From: Azolla caroliniana
Lineage: Eukaryota > Plantae > Polypodiophyta
NCBI GenBank assembly: GCA_043228905.1
Contig: JBHGNT010000353.1
Location: 1-32,239, forward strand
Direction: 5' to 3'
Length of the DNA: 32,239 bases
The notes under the pieces were generated by a model. It searched no databases, was not told the origin of the DNA, and saw only the letters and a program-made list of their open reading frames with translations. This document shows positions 1-11,760 of this stretch, piece by piece (the stretch's first letter is position 1; each line of letters starts with the position of its first letter). The position numbers and the translations under genes were made by a program.

Positions 1-21
1 GCGAGGAATACCTCGACATCT

Positions 22-39
22 TGGTGAACCGGACGTGAA
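22..39 (+). promoter_or_regulatory. Primer binding site complementary to tRNA-Trp
   Basis: TGGTGAACCGGACGTGAA lies 3 nt after the LTR-terminal CA. It has one mismatch to the complement of the plant tRNA-Trp 3' end (TGGTGAACCCGACGTGAA, recalled from memory). Confidence 0.85.
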
Positions 40-61
40 GGAGGCGGCAGAAGAGCAGAAG

Positions 62-2188
62 ATGAAGGGGTCGGATCTTGTGGAGGCCATGGCTTCGGTC
101 GTGGATCGGATATTGAGCGCACGCGAGGGCACCGGCGCCGTCGACAGAGCCATTGAGGTGGTCGTCGGTATGATCGGCCGGTTCAGCGGAAAGGATGCTA
201 CGAAGTATTTGGCGTCCTACGGGGCAGAAATGCTGATGCGGGACATTCCGGAAGAGAGGCGTCTTGCCGGGTTCCCTTGAGTGGCGATGCCGAGCATCCA
301 TGCGGAGGTGCTCGAGGTACGGGCGGAGAGCCGTACCTGGGAGGAGTTCGAAGGCCGACTCCTAGAAAAATACGAGCTGGACGACGCGCTCCGGCTTTCG
401 AAACGGGACTTCATGGAATGGGTGGAGTCCCCCGGCAAGGGAAGAAACGCGTCGGCACTCCTCCAGGAGTTTGAGGAACGCTTTGCGCGCCTTTCGGCGC
501 TTGACCGAACCGTTCTAGATACGAGCCGGGTCCTACTGTTCGTCAAGTCGGTGGACGAGCGGGACCGGGATCATGTTGGCTCCTTGCTAGAAACCGAAGA
601 AGGGCTAACGACCGACTGGGTTGCGGTTAAGAGAGTTTGTGGCCGTTTCGACAAACGGCGAGAATGGGCTGACAACGGGGCGACCGGAGCGGGCTCTGTC
701 ACAGCAAGGACGCTTGAACCGGCACCACAAGGGCGAAGGGCAGAAACCTGGGAGTGGCTCGAAACCGGTTCAGCTTCGACCGGCATGGTCAATGACTCGT
801 TCGGAGGAGCAGCACTGGAGGAGTTGACGCGGGCGATAAAGGATCTCCAGATCGCCCAGACTCGAAGGGAAGGCGGCGAACCAGCTCGTGACCGACGGCC
901 GGCAGCAGGGAACAGGTCCATGTGGTGCGACGAGGTCGGCCACATTCGGAAGGACTGCGGCGATTTCGCAGAGGCGTTGAGGAACCGGGTGGTGTACCTG
1001 TGGGAAGGCCGGGTGCATGCCGGCGATACCAGAAGGGCCCTAAACCGAAACCACGGGCGAGGAGGTATGAAGAGGCTGATGGAAGAGGCAACGGCCCGAC
1101 ACGTGGAGGCCATCCACTACTCGGCGTCGGCCGGTATTCGGGTCGGGGGCAGCGAGGCCCGAAAGGAGAGCAAAGACGGATTATGGTCGGCAATGCTGGA
1201 AGGCCTTGCTGGCGCACGGTTGAGGAAAGATGAAGCGGACCGCGCTGAGAGACGGGTCCGGGAAATAACCAGGTGGAGCGACCCGGTCAAGGAGAAGACG
1301 GGCTTCGTAGAAGCCACCTGCTGGAACTACGAGGCTCTGGTAGAAGACAAACGAGTGGGGAAAGCCGGAGCGGCCGGGCCCTCACAACGGTACGAGACCC
1401 AATTTGGGCAACGACGGAACGATGCCAATGGGTCCAGCGCGCAGGATAACCCCAGGAAGGGCGGATACCGACTGGGGACGGAAATAGAAAGGACCACGGA
1501 CCTACGAAAGGTCCTAGAAGAACGGATCCTCGACAGCAAAGTGGAGCTGTCATTGCGGGAGGTGCTAGGGATCGCCAAGAAGGAGTTCCACGACTCCATT
1601 GTGGACTTGGTGAAGCGGAAGAGGCTGTCGACGGAGACGGAACCGGAAAGACCGGTGGAGGTGCGGACAACGCACATCGACGACTTGGCGCTGGAAGATG
1701 AGTGGGCGGAGAGCCACTATTCGAGGCCACACTGGGCCCGAGCGACCACGGAGACCCCGGTAAAGATCGGAGATGTTCAGGAACCGGTGGTGGCACTGGT
1801 GGACCACGGTTCGGAAATAAACCTGATGTCCATGGACTTCTATAAGAAGGGAAAGTGGTCGATCAACACCAAGCACGGGTGGAAGATACGGGTAGCGACG
1901 CGCGCCACCGAGGAACTGCACGGGGCCTGCCCGAACGTGCGAGTCAAGATCGGCGACGTCGAGATTGACCAGCACTTCTTCGTACAGGAGACGTCCTCGC
2001 ACCCGGTCATATTAGGGGAACCATACATCACGGCGGCGCGGATGGAGACCAAGGTGCTAGACAACGGTTCGGCCTACGCGAGGGTCAAAAGCCAGGACGG
2101 GCGCCATTCGGTCCAATTTCTGACGGTGCGACCGAACCACGAGCGAAACCGCGAATCCCTCGGTGGCGATAACCGGGAGGATTTTTAG
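62..2188 (+). pseudogene. Gypsy gag-protease ORF (one in-frame TGA at 278-280)
   Basis: ORFs 35-280 and 281-2188 are in the same frame. Degenerate zinc knuckle SMWCDEVGHIRKDC, aspartic protease ALVDHGSEINLM...VILGEPY. Confidence 0.9.
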
Positions 2189-5100
2189 AGAGGGCTGCCA
2201 AGGCGTGGGGCCGAGACAGCCCGAACACTCGGGAAAGACCCCACAGCTGTACGATAGAACCGAAACCGAAGAAACCCTGTACGATAAGTAAAACATTTTG
2301 CTTCTCCAACAACGGAGGGTGTATGATAGTCGGCATCGTTGGCCGAGAAAAGGCAAGGGCGGAAGTGCGACTTCGAGCGTGCGGAGTTCTCGGCCCGGAC
2401 GAGGAAATCAGCGGAGCCGTGGAGGCGGTCTCCTTCGACGACACCTTGGGAATACTGAGGAAGGTAGCCGGAGAAGACCTTAACGAAGACCAGACGATAC
2501 CGGTATGTTCCGAAGAGATGTACGAAGTCATCGCGAAATTCAGTCAGGGGCTCGGGTCGGATCGAACGGCCCGAGTTAGCACGAAGTACAAGACTGTGGA
2601 CCGGAAGGTAAGGCCAATCGCGGCACCCTTATCGGAGGGCAGCGAATCCCGAATCACAGGGGTTGCGTCGGACCCCAGTTTACGAGATCCGGTCTGCATA
2701 GGACACACCTTCACCGACGGGACGCTCCGGGAGCTCAAAATCGGTGGGGGCGGGTTCCTCTTGCCGGCGGAAGAAGACCGGTTTCGGAGGATGCTCGGAA
2801 GGCACGGGAAAGCCTTCGCATTCTCACCGGGAGAGATCAGGTGCGTAGACCCGACAATCGTGGAGCCGATGGTGATATTCACGGTACCGCATGTGCCGTG
2901 GAATCTCAAGCCGATTCCAGTACCGAGAGCTCACATCCCGAAGTTGATGGAGCTATTGAGGCAGAAAGTCGATATGGGCATTCTCGAACCGTCAAGTGCC
3001 CCATACTCGAACCGATGGTTTACCGTACCAAAGAAAAACGGAACATTGCGCTTCATTCAAGACCTGCAGCCGGTCAACAGAGTGACCATTCGGAACGCAT
3101 GAATCGGACCGACCATAGACGAGTTCGCGGAGGCCTTCGCCGGAAGGTCGATTTATTCGGTCGGTGATCTGTACTCGGGGTACGACCAGTTCCAGCTAGC
3201 CGTGGAGAGCAGAGACATTACGACGATGCGAACTCCCCTCGGCCTAGTGCGAATGTGTACCCTGCCACAAGGAGGGACCAACTCCGTGGCCCACATGGTG
3301 AATGAAATGAACAAGGTACTAAGGGATTGCATCCCGGACGTCACCATGCCATTTCTAGACGACATCCCGATAAAGGGGTGCCCGGTGGAAGAGAAGGACG
3401 AGACACTCGGGCCGGACGGATGCCGGCGATTCGTGGCATCACACATCGACGACTACGAGAGGGTGCTACAAAGGCTAGAGGGTGTGAGGCTCACCTTCTC
3501 CAGGAAGAAATCGGCCTTCGGGCAATCAGAAATCTTGGTGGTCGGACACCTATGTGGACCATATGGCCGGAAGCCGTCTCCGGCAAAAGTAGAAGCCATC
3601 TCCGCGATGAAGACCGACTGTAGCTCGGTTACGGAAGTTCGGAGGTTCCTGGGGGCATGCGCATTTTACCACATATGGATCCCGCATTACGCCCACGTTG
3701 CGGAGCCGCTATACGGGTTGCTGAAGAAGGGGCGAAAATTCGAGTGGCGAGACGAGCACACGGAGTCGGTCCGGAAGCTGAAGGAAGCTCTTGCGGCAGC
3801 ACCGGTGCTCCGGAAGGTGGTCTACGAGAAGGATACCCCGGTATACATAACGGTGGATACGAGTCCGACCGGGATCGGATGGGTCGTCAACCAAGAAGAC
3901 GAGGACGGCGTTCGGTTCCTGATCCGATTCGGCGCAAAGGTCCTCAGTGAGCAACAGCGAGGGTACGCCCAGGTTAAATGCGAACTCTGGGGTATCGTTT
4001 CGGCAGTAAAGGCCGACAAAGACTACCTGATCGGGACAGAAGTGATTATCGAGACGGATTGCCAGCCAATTCTCGGCATGGTTTCCGGATGCGCGACATC
4101 GGACCTGGCGATGCTCAGGTGGATAGCATACATCAAGTCCCTGGACCCGGAAATACGACACATTTCCGGAAATGACAACGCCATGGCCGACATGCTTTCG
4201 AGGGCGAGGTTTGATGACAAGGGCGGCATGGTTTCGGAGGACGAAGAAGTCGGGGTGGACTTCTTCGAGGCAGCGTACGTGACGACCGATGGGACGAGCA
4301 CTCCGGCACTTAACAGCTTCGACGAGAGCAAGTACGACGGCGAGTGGCTACAGATCGGTGGTTTCTTAAGGACCATGGCGCCGGATGCGTCATGGACAAG
4401 GGACGAGACCAACCGGATCCGGAAGAAAGCATACCGATTCTTTCTCCGGGACGGATACTTATGGAAGCACCCGAAGAAGAGGAACGGCGTCCCGCCCCGG
4501 GTGGTGGCGATGAAGGAAGAACAGGAGGAGCTGTTGACGGCCTACCACGACAGCCCTTGGGTTGGACACCGTGGAACTTGGGCCACGTTCGAGAAGATAA
4601 AGGGGAAGTACTGGTGGCCGGGACTGTACCAGGACGTGCATCAGTTCGTGACAACTTGCGAGAGCTGTCAGATGCACTCCATAGTCCGACATCGGGACGA
4701 GCTTCACCCACGTACCCTCCGACCATCCACTTCAAATGGATGGTAGACCTGGTGACGATGCCGATGGGAGTAGGACAGATGCGGTATCTGGTCCTGGCTC
4801 GGGAAGATCTGACGAACCAGGTAGAAGGCCGAGCCCTTCAGAACAAAACGACCGCGGCCATATGTCGGTTCCTGATCGAGGACGTGATATGCCGTTACGG
4901 GTGCGTCGGGAAGATCGTGGCTGATTGCGGGGAGTTGGACGCCGAAGAGGCCGAGGAGCTATTCGACCGGCTAGGAGTCAAGCTCTCGCTTACCACCGCG
5001 TACAATCCAGAGGCGAATGGGAAGGTGGAGTGCGGACACGGACCGATCGTCAAGGCGTTAGTTCGGGCATGCGGAGGTCAAGTCGGGAACTAGCCGCGGC

Positions 5101-5681
5101 TGCTGCCTTACGCGTTGTGGGCGGACCGAACTACGCACAGTTCGGTAACCGGATTCATGCCGGCAGAGCTCATGTTTGGGCAGAAGCCGATCATGCCAAT
5201 GGAACGTACGATCTCCTCATGGGCAACCGTGGACTGGAAAGACGAGATGAGTCGGGAGGAACTGTTGGCGGCGCGCATACGACAGCTCGAGCGAAGACCG
5301 GAGGACGTGGAGCAGGCTGCGGGGAAGTTTCGGGTGGCAAGGACGAGGAACAAAGCCTGGTTCGACCAGACGCCCCGACTCCGACCAAAGAAGATCGAGG
5401 AAGGCGACTGGGTGCTAGTCTACGACAGCAGCCTCGACAACCAGCACCGAGCGACACGGAAGTTCGCAAGAAGGTGGTTCGGGCCTTACGTGGTCTAAAG
5501 CGCCAACGACAACGGGACGTACCATCTGGCGGAACTCGACAGCACGAGAATGGCGATACCGGTAGCTGGGAAGCGGACCAAAGCGTTCAAGAAGCGTCAC
5601 GACGACGAGCCAGATCCGGTTAACCTGGACCGCGACGGCGAACGATCCGAAACCGAGGAAGAACCGACGGGCGGGGAATGA
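2173..5681 (+). pseudogene. Gypsy pol (RT, RNase H, integrase), disrupted
   Basis: The frame is open from 2173. Motifs: VPKKNGTLRFIQDL, DLYSGYDQF, LPQG, FLDD; RNase H VDTS...ELWG...ETDC; integrase zinc finger H...H...CESC, DLV, ADC, YNPEANGKVE, WFGPY. Stops at 3100, 5091 and 5496, and a frameshift near 4710. No chromodomain seen. Confidence 0.93.
2179..2244 (+). promoter_or_regulatory. Putative -1 ribosomal frameshift signal (slippery heptamer plus pseudoknot)
   Basis: G GAT TTT (2179-2185) directly precedes the gag-PR stop, then a 6-nt spacer. Stem 1 GGGCTG 2192-2197 pairs with CAGCCC 2217-2222; stem 2 GTGGGG 2205-2210 pairs with CCCCAC 2239-2244. Pol is in the -1 frame. Confidence 0.75.
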
Positions 5682-5754
5682 AGGCTAGACCGGTTTTCTC
5701 CGTCCCAACTCAATTTGGCGTATGCCGGTGGATGCGCGGTTAGGTGGGGGCGGA

Positions 5755-6381
5755 TGTCGTGAAGAAAACCGTCCACAAGCGGAATCGGTGCACCGGAGCG
5801 TAGGAACCGGCTCTTCATGCACGTACGCCTTATGTTGTACATAGAAGATCCTAGGTAGGTAGATTCGGTAGGTAGGAAGTTAATGGGAAACAGCTCCTTC
5901 CTTGCCTATAAAAGGAGGGAGACGAGGAGGGGGGAAGGATAGTGAAGTAAGAGAGGATGAAGTGCTGTCGGATTGTGGGCCGAAGGCTTCTCTCTCTTCC
6001 ATACTCCGTAGCTTCTTTCTGTGCAGGTTTTTCGGGAGGCTCGCGCTGCTCTGAGGAATGCCCGAGTGCTTCCGGCAGCACCTCCAACCACTCCCTTCTT
6101 TCTGAGCGTTTACGAACAGGCATCGGCATCTGTTCGCCGGCCTGTTCGGTTGTAACCGACTTCGTGCTTCTTGTTGTTTGTCTCTGTTAATATATACATA
6201 CATACCTTCGTGTCTCTCTGTGTTGGTTTCCCGCTCGCGTCTTCGTGTCGAAGGGCCGTGTCCCTGTGGATCTACGCTCGCACCTAGTGGGTCTCTTCCC
6301 TTCTCCTTTCTCTCTTGCTCTTCGGTACAAGACCCCCGAGGTCCCGCCTCATTCCACGCATCCGCGAGGAATACCTCGACA
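5755..6381 (+). repeat. 3' LTR of Gypsy-1 (627 bp)
   Basis: TGTCG...CGACA termini, preceded by PPT TAGGTGGGGGCGGA; TATAAAA at 5907-5913. Confidence 0.93.
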
Positions 6382-7050
6382 CCGTGTCCCCGACTTTTCC
6401 CGGTTCTAGGGACTACGGTTTCTTTGTCTTCCGCGTTCTGATTCGGTAAGGAGCGCTTTGGAGTCGGAGCTCGTATCTTTATCTTTCCGATGTGCCTCCT
6501 CATCTAGCAAGCTCGACTTTACTCTTGCTAGGGATAACCGTTTTCCTTCCAGCCCGGCGTTGCCCAAAGTGACAACCAGCGTCTCCCAGCTATCCGGGAG
6601 GGAATCGAGCAGGAGTAGCGCTAGTACCTCATTGGCGAGAGGTACTTCCAATGAAGTTGCCTGGTGGATCAGCCCCTGGAAGGCATTCATGTGCTCCGCC
6701 ATACTGGAGCCATCTTGGTACCGGAGTCTTACTAGCTTCCGGAATACCGACACTTGATTAACAGCATTTTTGTTCTAAAACATTATGCCGATCTTCTCCC
6801 AGAGCTCATGAGCCTTGCTCTCTTCATTGAAGTTGTTGTACAGGCTCATGTCGATGAAGCACTGTATGTACGCCGTTGTCTTCATGTGCATCACCTCCCA
6901 TATTGCGGCGTCGATTTTGTCCGGCCTCTTGTCCCCGAACTGAACCGGCAGCCAGAGGTCTTTAACCACGAGCATGTCCCTCATCTTCGACTTCCACATT
7001 GAATAGTTGGAGCCGGTGAGCTTGAACATGCCGCCAAACGAATCGTCCAT
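6382..7050 (-). pseudogene. Copia-A gag N-terminal part
   Basis: MDDSFGGMFKLTGSNYSMWKSKMRDML...LLLDSLPDSWETLV, closely similar to the protein at 20910+. It has premature stops and is cut at the Gypsy-1 LTR. Confidence 0.9.
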
Positions 7051-7078
7051 TTTCTGTGTCGCTCGCTCTGATACCACT

Positions 7079-7871
7079 TGACGGGAGCTCAAGGCTCCTT
7101 ATGCGCAACGCTCGGCCACAACCGAGATTCTTTTCATACACAGGAAACGGGAAACGAAAACACGCGACACAAAGGAGAGAAAAAAGGGTACACATAATGT
7201 TTACGTGGAAAACCCAAAGAGGGAAAAACCACGGCAGCCCACAGGCTGCAAACTATCACTAAGTTGGAATGTACAAAACAGTGAGTTCACGAAGGCAACA
7301 ACCTCGTGCTCACGATCTTTGCCACAGGCAGCGGTTACAATAGAGGCAGCGACCTCTTTCTCTCTCTCTCTCTATACACTGTTACGTGCTCTCTCTTCTT
7401 TTTGCACCAACAAGAAAATGACAACAACTATCTCTAAAAGTTTGCCCTAAGTCATATTTATACTAATATGACTTTTCGGCTATTTACAAATGTAGCCTCG
7501 ATGGGCTCTCTATGTCTCTTCCTCCGGTTCACACCGGGTCTGCGTCATCCGGCTCTCCATAGCCGGGTGCTCCTCATCCGGTTCTCACCGGTTCTGCACC
7601 ATCCGGCTCTCCGTAGCCGGGTACTCCTCATCCGGTTCGCACCGGGCCTGCACCATCCGGCTCTCCGTAGCCGGGTATTCCTCATCCGGTTCACACCGGG
7701 CCTGCGCCATCCGGCTCTCCGTAGCCGGGTACTCCTCATCCGGTTCACACCGAGCCTGCACCATCCGGCTCTCCGTAGCCGGGTACTCCTCATCCGGTTT
7801 CGGCCTCGGCCGAGGTTGTTCGTCAGCACTGTTCTTCTCCCTTCCCATCCGGAGGGACCTGTCTCCCAACA
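7079..7871 (-). repeat. 5' LTR of Copia-A (793 bp) with 5 x 54-bp tandem units (~7523-7799)
   Basis: Homologous to the LTRs at 20162, 24953 and 25878. The 18-aa periodicity is visible in overlapping ORFs. Confidence 0.93.
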
Positions 7872-8351
7872 ATGAGGAACTTAAGACGCTAGGGACAATA
7901 CAAGAGTGTTGAGAGACAAGCTCAACATTAGCTGGATCGGCTGCGCAAGCCGAGGACCAAATCGGTGCAGAAACCGAGAGGCCATCGGAAAGATATTCCA
8001 CAAGGAATATATTTGGGAATTAGTGTAGGGGCTCCTTAATGAGCATTGAAGTACTGTTAGTACTTCAGTTAGTCCGAAAAGGATTTGTATAAAAGTGTTC
8101 ATTGAACACCCACAATGTACAAATTGAGTATTATTTTTGAATAAAGTTCTTGTGTTTACTCTCTCTCTGTCTCCCCCGTGCATATTGTGCAAACCTAAGC
8201 TTTCCATTAAACCTGCTTTTTCTATTGTTCGATTTCCTATATTGCTTCCGCACGCCATTCTTTTCATGGTATTAGAGTGCGAGGGTTGAGAACCTCTGCA
8301 GTCGACTTTGCTTGAAGGAAAAAAAAACCAACGAAGAAGAACAGAAAACCG

Positions 8352-11300
8352 ATGGACAGAGGAATGGCTAGCTCGCTTCCGACGGAGAAGCTCGACAGAA
8401 CCAACTTCACATCTTGGTCCTACAAGATGCACCAGTACTTGCTTGGGCACGGTTACTGGAGCTATGTCGAAAGAGTGAATGACGCGACACCCGAATCGAA
8501 ACATAGAGACTTCCCGGCGTGGCAACAATCGGCGAGCAGAGTGTTGTACTGTTTCGCGTCTTGTGTGGGCGAACAGCTATTAAGCTACATTCGGGATGCA
8601 AAAATGCCGAAGGGTGCGTGGGAAAATCTGAAGAAGATCTTCGCCACGAGCACCACAGCAAGGAAGCTTCAGCTCTGACAAGAGTTGAGCAACCTACGAC
8701 AACGCGATTTGTCGGTGGCTAACTATACCTCGAAGATCAAGGACATATGCGACTCCTTAGCTTCCATCAATGTGAACATTGAGAAAAGAGAGATGGTCTA
8801 GGTCTGTCTCGGGGGTTTGGCGTCGATGTTCGGGACGTTCCGAACTGCTGTGTGTACCCGAGAGAATACATCGTCCTTTTTCGACTTACAATCGATGCTC
8901 CTGGTAGAGGAGAACCACGCGGGTGCGTCAACGAGCATGCACACCGACAACAAGATGTTGTACACGGAGGGAGATAGGCCCCGTGGAAGTGGAGGACGAG
9001 GCGAGTCAGTGCACAATGGAGGTGGCCGATGGGATCAAGGAAGAAGGCACCGAAGTGATGCCGACAACAATTCTGGACCCTCAGGAAACAGGGGGAGTCG
9101 AGGCAACGAGAACCGGCAAGGGAAATGTTGGTATTGTGGCAAGAGAGAGCGAGTGCTGGAAAATGCACGCCAAGTCGGAGAGGACTGGTTCCGGACATAC
9201 TGACAAAGGAAACCAGTAGCGATCGCACTACGCCGAAGGATCCGGAAAAGCCTGAAAAGGGTCTGCCTTCATGACGAGACATGAAGCAAACTCAATGAAG
9301 CAGACCACCCCGAAATCGGACGAGTTGTGGTACGTCGACTCCAGCGCGTCAAATCACATGACGAGCCATAAGGAGTGGTTCTCGTACCTCGAAAAACTGA
9401 TGCAACCGGGAGTAGTCGCAACCGGAGACGACACTCCGCATCCGATCACGAATGTCGAAGAAGTTCCCCTAAGCCATGTCGGGCAGAAAGGGAAACTCAT
9501 GAGCATGCTACATGTTCCGACAATCACGAAGAACTTGGTGTCGGTCGGACAGATCGTCGACCAAGGGATGGAGGTCCGGTTTACACACCTCGGGTGCTTC
9601 ATTGAGGAAGAAGGCCGTGTTATTGCGCAAGGGCACAAAGATGGGAGGATGTTCATCCTCAACTCTACTCACGGTGGCACCGCAATGTTCGCGAAGGGAC
9701 AAAAAGTCGAGTCAGACATCGACTTATGGCACAAGAGGATAGGCCACGTCAATTATCAGCGGCTTTAGGACTTGCAATCGAAACATGTGGTGTTCGGATT
9801 GCCCAAATTTAGTGCCCGGAAGGCACAAATTTGTGAATCCTGCCAACTTGGGAAGCAACGCTGACTTCCCTTCCCCAACGAGCGTAACCGGAGCCGGAAC
9901 AAGCTCGACTTGATACACTCCGATGTGTGGGGGCCGGCACAAAACGTTAGTCTTGGTGGGAGCCGATATTTCGTCTCCTTCATCGACGACTACACGTAGC
10001 ACACGTGGATCTACCTCATTGAGAGGAAGAGCGAAGTCTTCGACTGTTTCCGGGACCTCAAAGGGTTCGTGGAAACGGAAACAGGAAGAAAGATCAAGTG
10101 CCTGCGATCGGATGGCAGAAAAGAATACTTTTTTGGTCAATTCAACAGTTATCTACAACAGATGGGAATTTGGCACGAATTCAGTTGTAGATACACGCCG
10201 GAGCAAAACGGCGTGGCCGAGAGGAAAAATCAGTCGGTTGTGGAAGCGGCACGGGCAATGCTGGAGGAGAAGAACTTGCCCAAGTTCTACTGGGCCGAGG
10301 CGGTAAGGACTGCGGTATACATCCAGAACCGGATCGGAGACAAAGCGTCGGCGCACGAGCTATATTTCGAAACGAAGCCGAACTTGCAACACTTACGAGT
10401 TTTCGGTAGCATTGCGTATGTGCATGTGCCGAAGGACAAACGGAGAAAGCTGGACGCAAAGGCCGAGAAATGTATCTTGGTCAGTTACTCGGACGAGCAG
10501 AAGGGTTATAAGTGTTATAACATGTGCAGCAAATAAGCGCGCGTGAGCCGCGACGTTGTGTTTGATGAGTCCGCGTCCTGGTACTTGCCTCCGACTCCGG
10601 ATCTCACCTTCAATCTGATCTCTGACGATGAGGTGAGCGAGATAGAGATGCCTCCAAATGAACCTGAAATCGGGACCCGCAAAGAGAGTCTGATTTCATT
10701 TCGGTTAAGTGGACCGAATGGACGACTGAGTCGGTTCGACCAGTCCGATGAAGAGCCGGCGAGTAGTGGAGACTCGGTCGTGCATTCCCCGCGCAGGAAG
10801 CCGAGGAGACGGCTTACGTGCAAAGAGAAAGGGAAGAAGAAGGTGTCGGATTCCGACACGGATAGGAACGAGTTAGACCAACGTGAGTCCGACTCCGAGG
10901 GAAGCGGTGATGGGTCTTCAAGAGTGAAGTCTGCGTCGGCCAAGAAGACCTCGACATCGACTAATGACCAATTACGCCGATCTACCCGCCAGAAGAACCC
11001 AATTGTGCGGTTTGGATACAACGAGTACATGGAGCATCATTATGCGTACATGACCCGTGTGGCAGAAGTGCGTGAGCCGAAGAGCCACGCAGAAGCGGCT
11101 AAGGACACGAATTGGCGTGCCGCGATGGAGGAAGAGATGTGTTGTCTGTCTGGCCGGACTAGCCTCAACACAGGTGTCTATCCGACACTTCTCCAAAGGG
11201 GTGGTAAGGATTGGATGCTAGGTTACACGCGTAAGATGATTACAATTAAGCACAGACGGTAAACAATACGGGATATAGATAAACACGCAATAATTACTAT

Positions 11301-11760
11301 TGTATTACTTCCGTCCAAAACCTTTACAAATCATCGGATCCTTTTATAGGCATCCGGCAAGGTTACAATCGGTGCGCTTAGGCAACCGACATCCGAATTG
11401 GTCCGGATCCGGATCGGTACCACTGTACCGGATCCGTCCCTCCGAATAATAATTCTACTATTATTTACTTCCTATTATCCGATCCGATTCCGCCTTCCCA
11501 CTTGTCCTTGCTCTTCTGACCGGCCAACAAGATGCCCGCATTGGCGAAAAACGAGACCTGGAACCTAGTTGACGCACCGAAGGGTGTGATGCCGATCGGA
11601 TGTAGGTGGGTGTACAAGGTCAAGTACAACACCGACAGCTCGGTCAACTGATACAAGGCCCGGTTAGTGGCAAAAGGCTACGCGCAGAAACACGGCATCG
11701 ACTACGATGAGACGTTTGCGCCGGTCGCAAAGATGACGACCGTCCGTGTTTTGCTCGCGG
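8352..11760 (+). pseudogene. Copia-B gag-pol polyprotein with many stops and frameshifts
   Basis: EKLDRTNFTSWSYKM, CWYCGK, WYVDSSASNHMT, LWHKRIGHVN, IHSDVWGP, YTPEQNGVAERKN, WRAAMEEEM [solo LTR] ...NETWNLV...[12 protein letters not shown]...[17 protein letters not shown]. Confidence 0.92.
11140..11529 (-). mobile_element. Solo LTR (390 bp) inserted in Copia-B RT
   Basis: TGTTG...CAACA termini with 5-bp TSD AGATG (11135-11139 and 11530-11534). The RT sequence resumes after it. Strand inferred from a minus-strand TATAAAA. Confidence 0.9.

Larger units (their letters stand above)
1..6381 (+). mobile_element. Ty3/Gypsy LTR retrotransposon 'Gypsy-1' (non-chromovirus, decayed; 5' LTR mostly outside the window)
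   Basis: Bases 1-18 (GCGAGGAATACCTCGACA) equal the 3' LTR end at 6364-6381. PBS at 22-39, domain order gag-PR-RT-RH-INT, PPT at 5741-5754, 3' LTR at 5755-6381. Confidence 0.95.
6382..7871 (-). mobile_element. 5' part of Tork/Tnt1-like Ty1/Copia 'Copia-A' (LTR, PBS, gag), interrupted by Gypsy-1
   Basis: Reverse complement is homologous to 20162-21578. LTR 7871-7079 (TG...CA), PBS TGGTATCAGAGC at 7076-7065 (tRNA-iMet), gag ATG at 7050. Confidence 0.95.
7872..11760 (+). mobile_element. Second Ty1/Copia family 'Copia-B': partial 5' LTR (7872-~8266), PBS, gag-PR-INT and start of RT; 3' end deleted
   Basis: CA followed by degenerate iMet PBS TGGTATTAGAG at 8267-8277; Copia domain order follows. 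Confidence 0.88.

Noticed and set aside
217-5623. Many antisense and alternate-frame ORFs over Gypsy-1
   Set aside because: Expected shadow ORFs in GC-rich coding DNA.
5880-6503. 207-aa minus-strand ORF spanning the Copia-A/Gypsy LTR junction
   Set aside because: Out of frame with gag and crosses an insertion boundary.
7468-8001. Repeat-protein ORFs (PDEEYPATESRMVQ..., also at 20055-20495 and 24893-25270)
   Set aside because: By-products of a 54-bp, stop-poor LTR repeat that is open in several frames on both strands.
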